From positions 608,001-672,000 of the forward strand of contig CM000436.1 in NCBI GenBank assembly GCA_000165345.1: a stretch of DNA of 64,000 nt, read 5' to 3'. Made by a program: the position numbers and the translations under genes. How positions within the stretch are numbered: position 1 is the first letter of the stretch; every line of letters begins with the position of its first letter. Below are positions 21,621 to 33,113 of this stretch, piece by piece. Below the pieces are notes generated by a model, which worked only from the letters and a program-made list of their open reading frames with translations, was not told the origin of the DNA and made no database searches.

Positions 21621-22748
21621 ATGAGCAAAAAGAATGATGCTCGACCTTGCTCTAAAAGGTTTTTAAAATTTCCAAAAATGGGCAGTTCACTAAAAATATA
21701 CACACAAGGTATGAAAATAATAGTCGATAGTTTTTACTGTTAAGCCAAAAGCCCTCTAGTATTAAATTCTTTTAATATTTATATTGGAATGCAGTAAGAA
21801 CCATAGAAAACGGATAAGCTACTTTTGTCTCAGTAATCTTCATGTATGATTTTGTTTTGATCATCAAAGATCAAGAGATGATCTGCTAAAGAGAGACTTT
21901 GATGGCATAAGTTAGCTTTAATTAACGCTAAAATTTGAATTCCACTAACTATAATACCCCTTTTACAAATTGTATTTTTTTTTTTTTTTTAGAAGAATCT
22001 GAACCTGAAAAATTTCAAGTAAGAAAAAATAGTGCACTTGATAACTTACTTGAGTTATCGTTTCCACCAGTGAGGTCTTTTGATGGAGAAAAAAGGTAAA
22101 GTTAAAAATAATAGCATTTTGCTTGATTTGATTTAGTTTAATTCAAACGATTCTTAATATATATTATACATCAACTATTAATACACTTTTTAGATCATAT
22201 GAATTTCGATACCCAAATAGCAAAAGGTCACTATTCCCATTTGAACTAACACCTAGAACGCTCTGTTGTATAGATAATATTAAAATGGGAGTGAAAACGG
22301 TAAGTATGATAGCCTCAATTTTTCTGGTATCAATCTTATTATTACCTAATTTAATATATCTATTTCTCCCATATTTTCATAGGGAGCTATAATTGGATCT
22401 ATCTTTGGCGGAATCAATGGTGCATACCATGCACTAAAATACAGGAATTATATGGCAATTCCAGTCTTTGCTGTAAGTCAAAAACTAATTCAGAGTCAAA
22501 TTTCGTTAATAATCTTATCCCTTTATTAGATTGGTGGAGCCATTAGTTTTGGATTCTTTCTTGGGTGTGGGATGATAGTTAGATGCCAACCCTCAGAATT
22601 TACCAATTATAAATTTCATAATAAATGTAGTCAGGTCATTTTTCCAATATACTTTAATAAGATTGAAAGAGTTTCCCGCCAAGACTTCAAAATACATGAT
22701 AATTTGAACAATTTCTACAAATTCCAAAATGATAAAATATCAAAATAA
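21621..22748 (+). CDS. ROMO1/Mgr2-family (Tim17 superfamily) small membrane protein, multi-exon join(21621..21708,21993..22095,22194..22299,22383..22472,22530..22748)
   Basis: The spliced product ...CCIDNIKMGVKTGAIIGSIFGGINGAYHALKYRNYMAIPVFAIGGAISFGFFLGCGMIVRC aligns with ROMO1 (SCFDRVKMG...GGTFGTFMAIGMGIRC). Donors are GTATGA, GTAAAG, GTAAGT and GTAAGT; acceptors are T-rich tracts ending in AG. All exons are phase-consistent. Exons 3-5 are confident; exons 1-2 (the N-terminal extension) are less certain. Confidence 0.5.
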
Positions 22749-23114
22749 CCAATCAAGTACAAAACAAATTATTAATTTTCAATTTTATTGATATTTAAAA
22801 ACCTATTAATTTTATCATTAATACTATGTATCTACGCGTTATGATTTCTGTATAAATTTTCCACAAGACCTATATCAACTATTTTAAGCCATGCAATTTT
22901 CCCTATACCGGCATTTACTTGCATACATGCGCAAAAGGCGGCAACTCTCTGCATGTATATACTTTAAGTGGGAATCATTAAGATATTTTGATTCTTTTTT
23001 TTCTTAAATTTTTAAAAGGGAAAAAGAGGCAAAAAAATTAACAAATCTAGTCGATATATCCACTATTTACTTGGATAAATAATAACTTTCAATCTATAGA
23101 TTTTTAATATTGAT

Positions 23115-24287
23115 TTGGAAGAAATGAGGGGAAAGAAAATATTTGGAATGTGCAACCCGATCTTGGATATAGTGTTAAAGGCATCTCCTGATAGAATAAA
23201 GGATTTAGGGCTTAAGATAGGGTCAACGACTCTTGGAAATGATGAGGAAGTTTTCAAGCTAATTGGTGATATAATTTCAAACAATGAAGATGCTAATTTT
23301 GTAGCAGGAGGATCTCTTTTAAATGCATTTCGAGTCTGTAAGGAGCTGTCAAATAAGGACGAAAAAAATAAAGATGATTCAATTTCAGTATTTTTTTCAG
23401 GAGGAATTAGCGATGACTCTGGGGGAATTTTACTTCAGGAATTGCTCACGGAAATTGGAATTGAATTTGAATTCCATATTACTAACAAGGCGAATCTGGA
23501 AACAGCAAAATGCGTAGTTTTTGTAACTGAAGAAGAGAGAACGCTTCTCGCAGGATTAGGAGCTGCTAAGGAATATTCGATTACCACTTTTGAGTCAGAA
23601 AATATTCAACATGCTTTAAAGACCGCAAATATATTCGCAACAAGTGGATTCTTTGTTGAAGTTTGTTTCCAGGCAATTCTTAAATCTGCTCAATATATTC
23701 ATCAATTTAGATCTAACGAATGTTCATTTGTATTTGGACTTTCAGCTACTTATATTCCAGAAAAGTATATGAATGAGTTATTCCAACTTCTACCAATGAT
23801 TGATTATATCATTGGAAACCAAGAAGAATTTGTCTCTTTATATAAAAGTATCAACAATATCCTTCAAATTGAAGACGATGACCAACTATTACTTTCGCAG
23901 GATAATATAAATCAACCAGAAAACGATGCTTTAGAAAGAATTCTCACAGAAATTCATAAGCATCTTAAACCCACATGTATTATACTATGCACAAGAGCCC
24001 ATTTACCCGTTATTTCATTCAACCCTAAAGATCCTAATAGTTGTATAAAATATCATGAATGTATTCACGTCCCTAAAGAAAGGCTCATTGATGTTAATGG
24101 CTGTGGGGATGCATTTAAGGGTGGGCTTATTTACGGTATTTCAAACTCTTATCCTTTAGATGCAAGCATATATATGGGGCATTATGCTGCCTCTAATGTT
24201 GCTCAAAATGTTGGCTGTGATTTTGATTTCTCAAATAAACCAACTCTTAGTGAAATTATACAACTAACTTCATCTAAAAATAATTAA
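23115..24287 (+). CDS. Adenosine kinase (pfkB carbohydrate kinase family)
   Basis: N-terminal GMCNPILDI (matches ADK GMGNPLLD), a GG dipeptide, and the C-terminal pfkB signature DVNGCGDAFKGGLIYG. Confidence 0.8.
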   Translation: MEEMRGKKIFGMCNPILDIVLKASPDRIKDLGLKIGSTTLGNDEEVFKLIGDIISNNEDANFVAGGSLLNAFRVCKELSNKDEKNKDDSISVFFSGGISDDSGGILLQELLTEIGIEFEFHITNKANLETAKCVVFVTEEERTLLAGLGAAKEYSITTFESENIQHALKTANIFATSGFFVEVCFQAILKSAQYIHQFRSNECSFVFGLSATYIPEKYMNELFQLLPMIDYIIGNQEEFVSLYKSINNILQIEDDDQLLLSQDNINQPENDALERILTEIHKHLKPTCIILCTRAHLPVISFNPKDPNSCIKYHECIHVPKERLIDVNGCGDAFKGGLIYGISNSYPLDASIYMGHYAASNVAQNVGCDFDFSNKPTLSEIIQLTSSKNN

Positions 24288-24422
24288 TTTCCGCAAATAT
24301 CTAATTTTAGGTTTAATACATTCCCAATATTATTAATAATACTAATTTTGCCATTATTTATTTTTTTCACCACGTAATACAATTTTTATACCTGCATGTA
24401 ATTTTTACTATTCATTTCCATC

Positions 24423-24433
24423 TTGGCGCCAAT
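24423..24433. promoter_or_regulatory. E2F-like TTGGCGCCAAT ~300 bp upstream of CDC45
   Basis: Palindromic GGCGCC core. CDC45 is a canonical E2F target in other eukaryotes. Confidence 0.55.
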
Positions 24434-24733
24434 CCTACACATTTATTATTAAATAAAATAAAAAAAATTTGTGTTAAATAAATAATATGCGAGTAGGGTT
24501 GTTTAATTTTTTTTTCTTTCGTACCAAGAAATAATTTCAAAATAGATTGAATTCAATTAAGAGAAGAATAACAATTAATTACATGGGTTTTTGATTTATG
24601 TGTGTTCATGAGCTTGCAAGGCTTTGTGGCGAATTTATCAAAGGTCTTTTTTTTTTATTGAAAATTACCCCTAGTTATAAGCATAAGTAATTAAAAAGAT
24701 AATTGAATAAGATAATACTTAGATTTTGAGAGG

Positions 24734-26854
24734 ATGCCGGCTATTCCAGCAGTGGATTTTGTTTCACAATATTACCTCCCATTTGTTGAAAAGATCCAAA
24801 TCAGTAATAGAGAGGATTCTAATAAAGTCTTTCCAAAAGTTTGGATATTCTCTTCAAATGATGTGGATTCTCTTTGTACTAGCACTATACTTATTAATCA
24901 ATTCTTTAAGCATGATGAGATACAGTGTATGCTAAATTGTGTTACCCACTATAACGAGATTTCTAAGATTCTACAAGAATACAAAAATTACTCAAAACAA
25001 AGAGAGCTTGTGAATATATGTATATTGATCAATTTAGGAGCCATGGTAAATATTCTACACTCACTTAGGCTTTGGCTTGGAGAAGATTTGGAAATTTGGA
25101 TTTTCGATTTTCATAGGCCTGCCATTGATGAGTTAATGCTTACAATTGGAGGAAATTATAACAATAACAATGTATTGATCCTTTCTATTCAAGAATACAA
25201 TTTCTTGGTAAATAGTAAATCTGGTAGAAAGAAATCACGTAAGAATAGCTCAAATCCAAGTGATGGACAAACTAACGAATCTAGTTCAACATTTTCTTCA
25301 AATAATCCTTTTGCTTCATTATCTCAGACTATTGATGATTTGGATATACTAATGGGTACTTCAAATGGAGAATCCCAAAGCTATAATGAGCAAATTGAGG
25401 ATGAGACAGATGAACTTTTTGGAGAGTATTGTGGGGATCCAAGTAGTCTTGTGATTGTCCAAACATTAGATAATTCAATAACTTCAGAAAGAATAGATGG
25501 AAATGTATTATGGTACTCTTCAATCGGAATTAGCTGGTGTTATATTAATAGGTATATTGAACTACTAGATTATGAAATGTATTTTGACTTACTCAATGGA
25601 ATCCTTTCAAAATACACAGGTGATATGAGCAATATAAATTCAAAAAAAACTAGTAATAAAAAATATTGGCCAAAGTACATAAAGAATGACCTTTCAATCC
25701 CGCTTTATCGTCATTGGAATCTAATGGATTCAGTATATCATAGTGAATATCTATATTCAACAATGGGTTTATGGAAGACAGAAAATAGCAGGGATACAAT
25801 AATGAATAGAAGAGTGGCCTCTGGGATTTCATTGAAAGATTTTACAACCAAATTTTATCTTCTTGAAAAAGAAGTATCGAAAAAAGTTGTTCAGGACTTT
25901 CCAAAAGGATTTTCAGGGTTTGAGAGTGGATCAGAAACTGCATCACAGTCTCTACAAATCCCAGTATTTCTGAAGTATTTACCATCTATAGTATTAGACT
26001 CAGAGTTACATCCACACTTATCATCTCTTGATATGGCCCAAATCCTTCATACTCTGTTGACAAACGACTGTAGACTAGCAGATAGCGGAGAAAGCTTCAT
26101 GGATGCAATAGTTTCGTCAGGAGCTCTAAATAGAATGGAACTAAAACATAATACAATGTCAGAAAGATTACTGAATGAGGAGAAAAATAACGAAAATGAT
26201 AGTTCTAAACTTAACCAAATTCTTGGTAAAGACCAAAAAATACAGCTTCTATTCAGGGATTGTTTTAGGGTAGGGCTACAACTCCTAGATCTATCGGGAG
26301 CTGATTTTAACCAAATTAATGTATTTCAAGACCATTCCTGGAAACAGCTAAAATGCTACATTGAAGAAGCAAAGCTTCTGCTTTCACTAAAATTAAAATA
26401 TGTAAAAATGCTGCTATCGTCATCTATAAATGGAGGAACTTTGATAAAACACAACTATTTCACTCTTGCTGAGCTTAATGATATAGAAATTTCACACCCT
26501 TTAAATCTAAGAATTGTTGGTTACTCTATTATCGACATAATATCAAGAAATCGTGATCTCCAAGATAAGCTTGTGATAATCTCAAAAAATAGTACCAACA
26601 AGGTTGCCACAATAGTTGGAATTACTCCGGGCTACGATAGCAATTCTCCAAATTTATTTGGAGCAATTTTCTCTAAAGTAATAGACATTATTCTAGAGGA
26701 AGGCCAAGGCCTTCTAGGAGAGGAGCACTTCTTTGTTCAAGATGAGTTTGATTTTTCTATTCTAAGAATTCATGCAAATTTCCTTGAACAATTTACTTCA
26801 AATCTTTTCAAATATATTGAAAGCAGCAAACATATATTGACTAATTCAATATAA
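24734..26854 (+). CDS. CDC45: CDC45 replication initiation factor
   Basis: A 706-aa DHH-like N-terminus (SNDVDSLCTSTILINQFFKHDEIQ) with Cdc45-type architecture, an acidic/Ser-rich insert and a conserved C-terminal domain. An E2F-like TTGGCGCCAAT lies 300 bp upstream. Confidence 0.8.
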   Translation: MPAIPAVDFVSQYYLPFVEKIQISNREDSNKVFPKVWIFSSNDVDSLCTSTILINQFFKHDEIQCMLNCVTHYNEISKILQEYKNYSKQRELVNICILINLGAMVNILHSLRLWLGEDLEIWIFDFHRPAIDELMLTIGGNYNNNNVLILSIQEYNFLVNSKSGRKKSRKNSSNPSDGQTNESSSTFSSNNPFASLSQTIDDLDILMGTSNGESQSYNEQIEDETDELFGEYCGDPSSLVIVQTLDNSITSERIDGNVLWYSSIGISWCYINRYIELLDYEMYFDLLNGILSKYTGDMSNINSKKTSNKKYWPKYIKNDLSIPLYRHWNLMDSVYHSEYLYSTMGLWKTENSRDTIMNRRVASGISLKDFTTKFYLLEKEVSKKVVQDFPKGFSGFESGSETASQSLQIPVFLKYLPSIVLDSELHPHLSSLDMAQILHTLLTNDCRLADSGESFMDAIVSSGALNRMELKHNTMSERLLNEEKNNENDSSKLNQILGKDQKIQLLFRDCFRVGLQLLDLSGADFNQINVFQDHSWKQLKCYIEEAKLLLSLKLKYVKMLLSSSINGGTLIKHNYFTLAELNDIEISHPLNLRIVGYSIIDIISRNRDLQDKLVIISKNSTNKVATIVGITPGYDSNSPNLFGAIFSKVIDIILEEGQGLLGEEHFFVQDEFDFSILRIHANFLEQFTSNLFKYIESSKHILTNSI

Positions 26855-27457
26855 TAGAGTAGATATTCATCTTAGGATCTTTTACTAGTATTAATCTTTA
26901 AATATTATAAGAAAGTATATATTATGTTTAAAATATAATGATAAAAATAAATATTATCATTTTTTTTGTCCACATTAAATTTTGTTACCGTTGTTTACTG
27001 CCATTTGCATGCATGCATTCAAATTACAATTTAATTACGTCATTTTAAAATTTAATTCCCGCCTAGTTTGTGGAGCAAATCATGCATCTTGTAATTTGTT
27101 AAATAAATGAAAGTTAGAAAATAAAATCAAAGGCATAAAAGGCGAAATAAGGAAGATTTATTGGTTTAGTTTTTAAAGATTTGATAATAAGAAGAGTTGT
27201 TGGTTGTTTGACTGATAACGAGAGCTATTTAAATTTTCCAATTAATTATTAGGTAAAGATTGTGAATTAGACAGCAATTAGCAATTTGACAGTATTACTT
27301 GGGATCTTCTTCCGAAATCAAGAAATTAACATTTATAAGGAGTACATCTTAAGACTGAAGGTAAAGATTTTGAAAACTATTTAGAAAAAAAGTAAATCAT
27401 AAATAATTTCAAGAAATTTAGTATGTAAGTTAATTTAAAAAAAAAATAGTTATTGAA

Positions 27458-29308
27458 ATGGAAAAGGAGCAATCTAAAGGTAAATTAAATCAAAACTCAA
27501 AGAATGAAAATAGTATTGTTCAGAATGAAACCGATAAATGTGAACTTTGCGGTGAAAATACAAATATTTCGAATTTCAGAGAGTATATTGGAAACCCCTT
27601 AGCATTTATTTATTTATTTTATAACAAGCTAAGTGGAGGAAACATTGAAACATACTTTACAAAAAATCTTAAAGAAATAGTTTTAGATGTTGATGGTATA
27701 GTTACACATATGAATTTTGTGGATATGATCTCAGATTTTGAGTCAGGAATAAATCAGGTCAAGAATTCATTAAAAATTACAAATAAAGATATTTGCATTA
27801 TTGGAATTGGGGGGGATGGGAGTTTTAGTACACTGGTGAATAAATTCTTGGAAAGCATTCCAGAAAACAAAAATCGCCTTATTTTTGCTGTTTTACCTTT
27901 TGGAACTGGGAATGACTGGGCAAAAAGTTTTGGATGGAGTAGCTATGGGAATATGAAGTTTATGAAGGATGATTTCTCTCCTTTAATAGATCTTGCGAGA
28001 GGAATTTTTACCTCAAATTTAATCAACTTTGATACTTGGATGATTGAGGTTGAAATTTTTGATAGTGAGGATTCCAGCTTTCAAAGAGTTAATCCAATTT
28101 CTCAAGAGCTTGAGAGGGTTAATAATAATGATGATGAAGGTAAAAAGCTACTCTTATTGAAGAGAAGATGTATTAACTACTTCAGTTTTGGAGAGGAGTC
28201 TAGGGTTGGAATCACCTTTGATACTTATAGAAAGAGGAATGTTCTTTTAAATAGAGCATTATATGGTTTAGCAGGTTCCATGTTTACTGTCAATATGAAT
28301 AATAAGCATCAAAGTAATACTCCTCTTTCTCATAGTACAAGAAAAATTTATTTAGAAGACCCCGAACATCCAAATAAGGAGACTAATAATCTAGAATGTG
28401 CTTTATGTCCAAATGGTACAGTTCATTCTTCTGAAGATTCTCAAGAAAATTCTACTTGTCCAACTTTACTTAGCAGTGTTTCACTGGTTTTCCTCAATAT
28501 TGAAACTTTTGGAGGAGGCGTCAAATTATGGAAGAACTCAAAGAATGTAGGACCATCCATTTCCAAAACATCGTCCAATCTTAATTTTGGTGAAATGGTT
28601 GGCAATCTTAGTTCTTTTTTGGTTAATCCTATTTCCTTGGATTTTGATACTTTTAAACAAATAAAAAATCCTAAATCAGGAGATGATGCCGAATCAAGCT
28701 CAAGATCTGAATCTGACTCAAATTATGATTTAGAGTCAGAGTCTGATATCAATCTTGATTCTGATAAATCTATTCTAGATCTAAAGGAGTCTGATATTAA
28801 CAGACTAAATGAAGAGCAAAACGACCAGGATATTGACTCATTAAAAGAGGATCAATTAAACAATACTGCTAAGGATAATATTTTAAATATTGTACCAGAT
28901 TCTTGTGATAAAAAGCTTGAAATTATGAGCTTTTCAGGATTAATAGATTTTAGCTCTATATTTGTACCATATATGAGTACAGCAAAAAGAGTGGGACAAT
29001 TTTCGCCTTTTCAAACTGATTCACAACCTCATTTTGAAGAGGAATTATCTTCAAAAATAAGTGAATTAGAAATCCAAAATTCAGAAAATAATTCCAAAAG
29101 TTATAAAAAATTAGGAAACACTCTAAAGATGGACTTCTTCAATAAAGACAACTCTGAATGTAACTCTGATTTTATTGAAGTTTATTTCCAAATCGATGGA
29201 GAATACTACTTGGCAAAAGAACCAAAGCAATGCTCTGTTAAATATGACCAACAAATTAAAGTTCTAAGATGTATTATTCCATATAGCCCATTCAAAAATA
29301 TCCATTAA
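27458..29308 (+). CDS. Diacylglycerol kinase-like lipid kinase (DAGK catalytic plus accessory domains)
   Basis: PLAFIYLFYNKLSGGN and ICIIGIGGDGSF are followed by VLPFGTGNDWAKSFGW (the DAGK_cat signature) and then NYFSFGEESRVGITFD (accessory domain). Confidence 0.7.
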   Translation: MEKEQSKGKLNQNSKNENSIVQNETDKCELCGENTNISNFREYIGNPLAFIYLFYNKLSGGNIETYFTKNLKEIVLDVDGIVTHMNFVDMISDFESGINQVKNSLKITNKDICIIGIGGDGSFSTLVNKFLESIPENKNRLIFAVLPFGTGNDWAKSFGWSSYGNMKFMKDDFSPLIDLARGIFTSNLINFDTWMIEVEIFDSEDSSFQRVNPISQELERVNNNDDEGKKLLLLKRRCINYFSFGEESRVGITFDTYRKRNVLLNRALYGLAGSMFTVNMNNKHQSNTPLSHSTRKIYLEDPEHPNKETNNLECALCPNGTVHSSEDSQENSTCPTLLSSVSLVFLNIETFGGGVKLWKNSKNVGPSISKTSSNLNFGEMVGNLSSFLVNPISLDFDTFKQIKNPKSGDDAESSSRSESDSNYDLESESDINLDSDKSILDLKESDINRLNEEQNDQDIDSLKEDQLNNTAKDNILNIVPDSCDKKLEIMSFSGLIDFSSIFVPYMSTAKRVGQFSPFQTDSQPHFEEELSSKISELEIQNSENNSKSYKKLGNTLKMDFFNKDNSECNSDFIEVYFQIDGEYYLAKEPKQCSVKYDQQIKVLRCIIPYSPFKNIH

Positions 29309-29827
29309 ATACAAAATTATTCTAATTGATCTATTCTACTCAAATTAATATATTTCTATTCTTTATCCAATTCAAATTATTTCAAAGTATTAATCAATCT
29401 AAAAATCTCTAATTCTTATCATCTACGTTTATATATTTTCAAAATTTCTTATTCTTCTAGCCATTCTTTCTATTTCGGTACCACAATATTTTTTCTATAT
29501 TCTGCATGCATACAAGGCGGGTGACTTCCCCACAAAACTATGACCGGTTTGGCGCCAATGCACTCACAAATTTGTATAAAATAAAGTAGTAAAAATAGAT
29601 TGGGAGGAAAAATTGGGAGAAGATTGGAATAGTGTGGCTAGAAATTAAAAGGAAAAAAATTTTATAAGAAGCCAAAAGTGTCTATGGAAAAAGGAAAATC
29701 AAGCTTATAGCAAAGATTTTTTTTAATTGCTTGGGTGAATATACTAATACCTATTAATTTGAGATAATAAGACTGAATTTTGCATGTTGTCAATAAAACT
29801 AAAGTTTCATTAAGAAAATGAAATAAA

Positions 29828-30577
29828 ATGTTTAATATTTTTATATGTTGTACCCATGGCAATTTAAATAATTCTTCAACCGAAGATAAAGAAGAATTAA
29901 TTTTTGAACTTGATAAAGAAAAGGATTCCCAAGGAAAAAGTTTAAGTGAGACCTTTCAAAACTCTATTAGAGAGTTAAAGAAAGCAGAAACAGAGGCTCT
30001 AAAAATTGTTGAGAAGGCAAAGAAGAATAAAAAGGATTATTTACTTCAAGCAGAGGCTGCAGCTGAAGAAATTGTTAAGCCTTACTATGAACTTGCAAAT
30101 CAGGAGTATAAAGAAATTGAAGATTCACTAAACAAAGAGTTCCACATCAAGTCTTTAGAAAATATCTTGGAAATACAAGAAAGTTCTGATAATATTGAAG
30201 AAATTGATCTAAAGGAGAGAAAGAAGCAGACTATAGAGTATATATATTCCAAAATTTCAGATGTGAAGCTTATTTTAGAAAATCCAAAGTATGTAAAAAG
30301 CCAGTTAGAGAAGCACAAAGTTAGTAAAGTTCATCAAAAGAGACATCTAATTAGGAGTAGATTTTTGTCTTGGAGAAGTAAAGATTACACAGAAAAGGAG
30401 AAAGAGTCACAAAAGAAGCATAAACAAACCAATAAAGAAAAAACGATATCTTTCTCTGTTGAAAAGAAGGATTCATCAATGTCAACCATTGAATTAGATG
30501 AAGATTACTCGAGGATAGATAATTTATACGGAGCATCTCGAGTTGTTAATTCTTTCAATACAATACATTTGAATTAG
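29828..30577 (+). CDS. Hypothetical K/E-rich coiled-coil protein (weak resemblance to V-ATPase subunit G in the N-terminal helix)
   Basis: 249-aa ORF with an N-terminal CC dipeptide. The helix IRELKKAETEALKIVEKAKKNKKDYLLQAEAAAEEI has a pattern like subunit G. Confidence 0.5.
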   Translation: MFNIFICCTHGNLNNSSTEDKEELIFELDKEKDSQGKSLSETFQNSIRELKKAETEALKIVEKAKKNKKDYLLQAEAAAEEIVKPYYELANQEYKEIEDSLNKEFHIKSLENILEIQESSDNIEEIDLKERKKQTIEYIYSKISDVKLILENPKYVKSQLEKHKVSKVHQKRHLIRSRFLSWRSKDYTEKEKESQKKHKQTNKEKTISFSVEKKDSSMSTIELDEDYSRIDNLYGASRVVNSFNTIHLN

Positions 30578-30638
30578 AATTTCTATTTTAATTTTAAAAA
30601 AAAATGCACATAGGATTTTATTACTTTAAAACTTGTAT

Positions 30639-33113
30639 CTATTTCCTATTATCTAAAGAGCTATGGATTGCTCCAGAAATATAATGTAAGATTTTGGTAG
30701 AAATAATGACAAATTGCTGTGAGTAATTGCAAAATGAGGAGAAGTTACCAGTTAAATATGAGTATATAAATGAAGCAAGAAGCAAAAGTAGGGTAACTAG
30801 GACTGGAGATGTTAATACATAAGTAATCTCATCGAATCCCAAGATAATTATTAGCAAATAAATCCACCAGGGAATGTTTTGTGGTTGTCTTCCTGTTGAT
30901 TGTATTAGCTGAGCTTTTGAAAATATACTTGTAATTTCTTGTGATGCTTTAGATTCAATTTCTTTAAGATTACTTTCCGATATCAAAGGTACCGAATCTA
31001 AAAATTTACCATTTCCATGATCTTTATTCAATGCAATTATTCCTGAAAGATCCTCAGAATTTTCGATAATCTTATCAAACAGATTGGAGGATCTACCAGA
31101 AAATGGAATTAGTTGGTCTTTTCTTGGGTAGAAAACATTAGTAATCTGAAGAGAGTTATTTTTAGCTTTAATGAAGAGTTCCTTCATTATCTTAGCATCC
31201 TCTCCTATCCATTGTCTGGGTACTCCATCCTGATCAAGCTCAAATTCGCTTTTAAATCTATCTACAATATTAATATGGAAATACTTTGACTGTTGTTGGA
31301 TTAATTGTATGAACTTTAATACAAGTTGAAGAGCAATTTCTTCTTCTAAACCAGAAGAAGTGAATTCATTCATATTAGAATTCTTAAATAGAGTAATCCA
31401 TTGTTGTTCATATTTGGAAACAAGAAGTCTATGGATATTGACTATAGAGGAACCAGTTAGCTCCCAAAAATCATCTAATTTGAGTTTTGGATCAGAAAGA
31501 AAATGATCGCCAAGAAGAGGAGAGATCTCTTTCAAAATATCCTTAATTAAACTCTCAAAGAACTCTTCAACAAGCTTTTCATAAATCTTCTTGGAGTGGA
31601 TCTCTAAAGTCTCACTTAGTAACTTTCTTTGTTCTTGAGTATTATAAGTAGCTAAGAAAACTTCTTTTCCTTGAGAGTTTAGAGAGATTTCATTCAGAAT
31701 ATCAGGAATACATTTTTCTTTAATAGGAGAGATAAGATGCTGCCTAGATATCACACTTGGGAATTCAGTTTTCCATTTTAAAGATAAGGAGTCAAATTTA
31801 AGAAGTTCTTTATTTACCCAAGAAGATGAATCAAAGGACACATAGTGGCTTTCTTCATTGCTTTCTTTATCATATTGTACTTGATGGTCTTCAATTCCTT
31901 TCTTATAGTAATCAAGAATGTTAGTATATTGTCTCAGATCTTGTCTCTCCAGAGACATCCTAGAATTGACAGCATTTTGGAATTCATGGAATATAAATAC
32001 CAACAATGAGATGGAAGTATTAGTGGACATTTCATGGTCATATTTAGAAGCAACTTCAAAGTATGCTGCTAATGAATTTTCAAGTACTAATAAAGTGCAA
32101 TCAGAGAATTCATTGAATCCAAATTCTCGTTTCTCCATCTTTTTCTGTAAGTCCTTAATAGACTTCTTATACTCATCTAAGATATCATCTTTTGCTTGTT
32201 CACATCTAAATCTTGAAACAAGCTTGATTTGAGACGGTATATTTAGCTCTTGGCAATCCACAATACACTTCCAGACAGTTTTACAATACATCTCAAGCCC
32301 TTCTAAGGGAATACGTCTGGTATAATCCTTTGGTAGAATGGATGTAGTTAGATCATACCTGATTGTAGCAACAACTTGCTTAAATCCATCATAATCATTT
32401 GGTAAAGATGGGATTCCATATACTTTGACTTCAAATATATCAGAGAAGGAAGCAGGAATTTGATTTCCAAGAGAATTCTGTGACTCAGCAACTTGTCTCC
32501 AAAGTAAATCCAGAATCTGAACAACTTTCCTTCCAAGCATTTCATCGTTATCATTAATAGTAATATCTCTAACGGCAAATAGTAAGGTAGTCTTTCTGAT
32601 ATTTCCTCTAGTTATTCCATTTTGGTCAAGTTTAAGACTAAACCAAGAATTTAAGATAGTTTTTAAAAGACCAAAGTTAGAAGAACTATAGGTAGTTAAA
32701 TTCATCAATGGGATATTTAAGATCATACAGTCAGAAACTGCGAGAGAAAATAGGGCAGCTCTATTTTCAAAAGTAGCTCTGTCTTCACCCCTCTCTAAAC
32801 TATCAGTACCTTCAACATCCCAAATTAAAATAGGAGAGTTAAAACTCTCTGTTCCACATCCAAGCCATAAACCTTTAGTTGTCTGGCAGTATCCAGATGT
32901 AAGTTTATCTAGAACCTTAAAATGAGTGCCAAAGAGAGTATTCAGTAAAGTACTCTTCCCAGTACTTTGACATCCCAAAATACTAATCACATTAAATCCC
33001 AGTGTATTTTGACTAGTTGATATATCTTTAAGAACTTCTCCCACTTCTTCTTTGAAGTTGCAGTCGTAGTCAATAATTTGTCTCATAATTTTTTTTTCTT
33101 TTTTTAAAGTCAA
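30639..33113 (-). CDS. SEY1: Sey1/RHD3 (root hair defective 3) dynamin-like ER-fusion GTPase
   Basis: FNVISILGCQSTGKSTLLNTLFGTHF (P-loop) and DVEGTD, with an ~800-aa length and two C-terminal TM helices (WWIYLLIIILGF...LVTLLLLLASFIY). Confidence 0.9.
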   Translation of the reverse strand: MTLKKEKKIMRQIIDYDCNFKEEVGEVLKDISTSQNTLGFNVISILGCQSTGKSTLLNTLFGTHFKVLDKLTSGYCQTTKGLWLGCGTESFNSPILIWDVEGTDSLERGEDRATFENRAALFSLAVSDCMILNIPLMNLTTYSSSNFGLLKTILNSWFSLKLDQNGITRGNIRKTTLLFAVRDITINDNDEMLGRKVVQILDLLWRQVAESQNSLGNQIPASFSDIFEVKVYGIPSLPNDYDGFKQVVATIRYDLTTSILPKDYTRRIPLEGLEMYCKTVWKCIVDCQELNIPSQIKLVSRFRCEQAKDDILDEYKKSIKDLQKKMEKREFGFNEFSDCTLLVLENSLAAYFEVASKYDHEMSTNTSISLLVFIFHEFQNAVNSRMSLERQDLRQYTNILDYYKKGIEDHQVQYDKESNEESHYVSFDSSSWVNKELLKFDSLSLKWKTEFPSVISRQHLISPIKEKCIPDILNEISLNSQGKEVFLATYNTQEQRKLLSETLEIHSKKIYEKLVEEFFESLIKDILKEISPLLGDHFLSDPKLKLDDFWELTGSSIVNIHRLLVSKYEQQWITLFKNSNMNEFTSSGLEEEIALQLVLKFIQLIQQQSKYFHINIVDRFKSEFELDQDGVPRQWIGEDAKIMKELFIKAKNNSLQITNVFYPRKDQLIPFSGRSSNLFDKIIENSEDLSGIIALNKDHGNGKFLDSVPLISESNLKEIESKASQEITSIFSKAQLIQSTGRQPQNIPWWIYLLIIILGFDEITYVLTSPVLVTLLLLLASFIYSYLTGNFSSFCNYSQQFVIISTKILHYISGAIHSSLDNRK

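Noticed and set aside
29828-30577. Calling this gene V-ATPase subunit G
   Set aside because: Only one N-terminal helix resembles subunit G and the protein is twice the expected length. It is kept as hypothetical.
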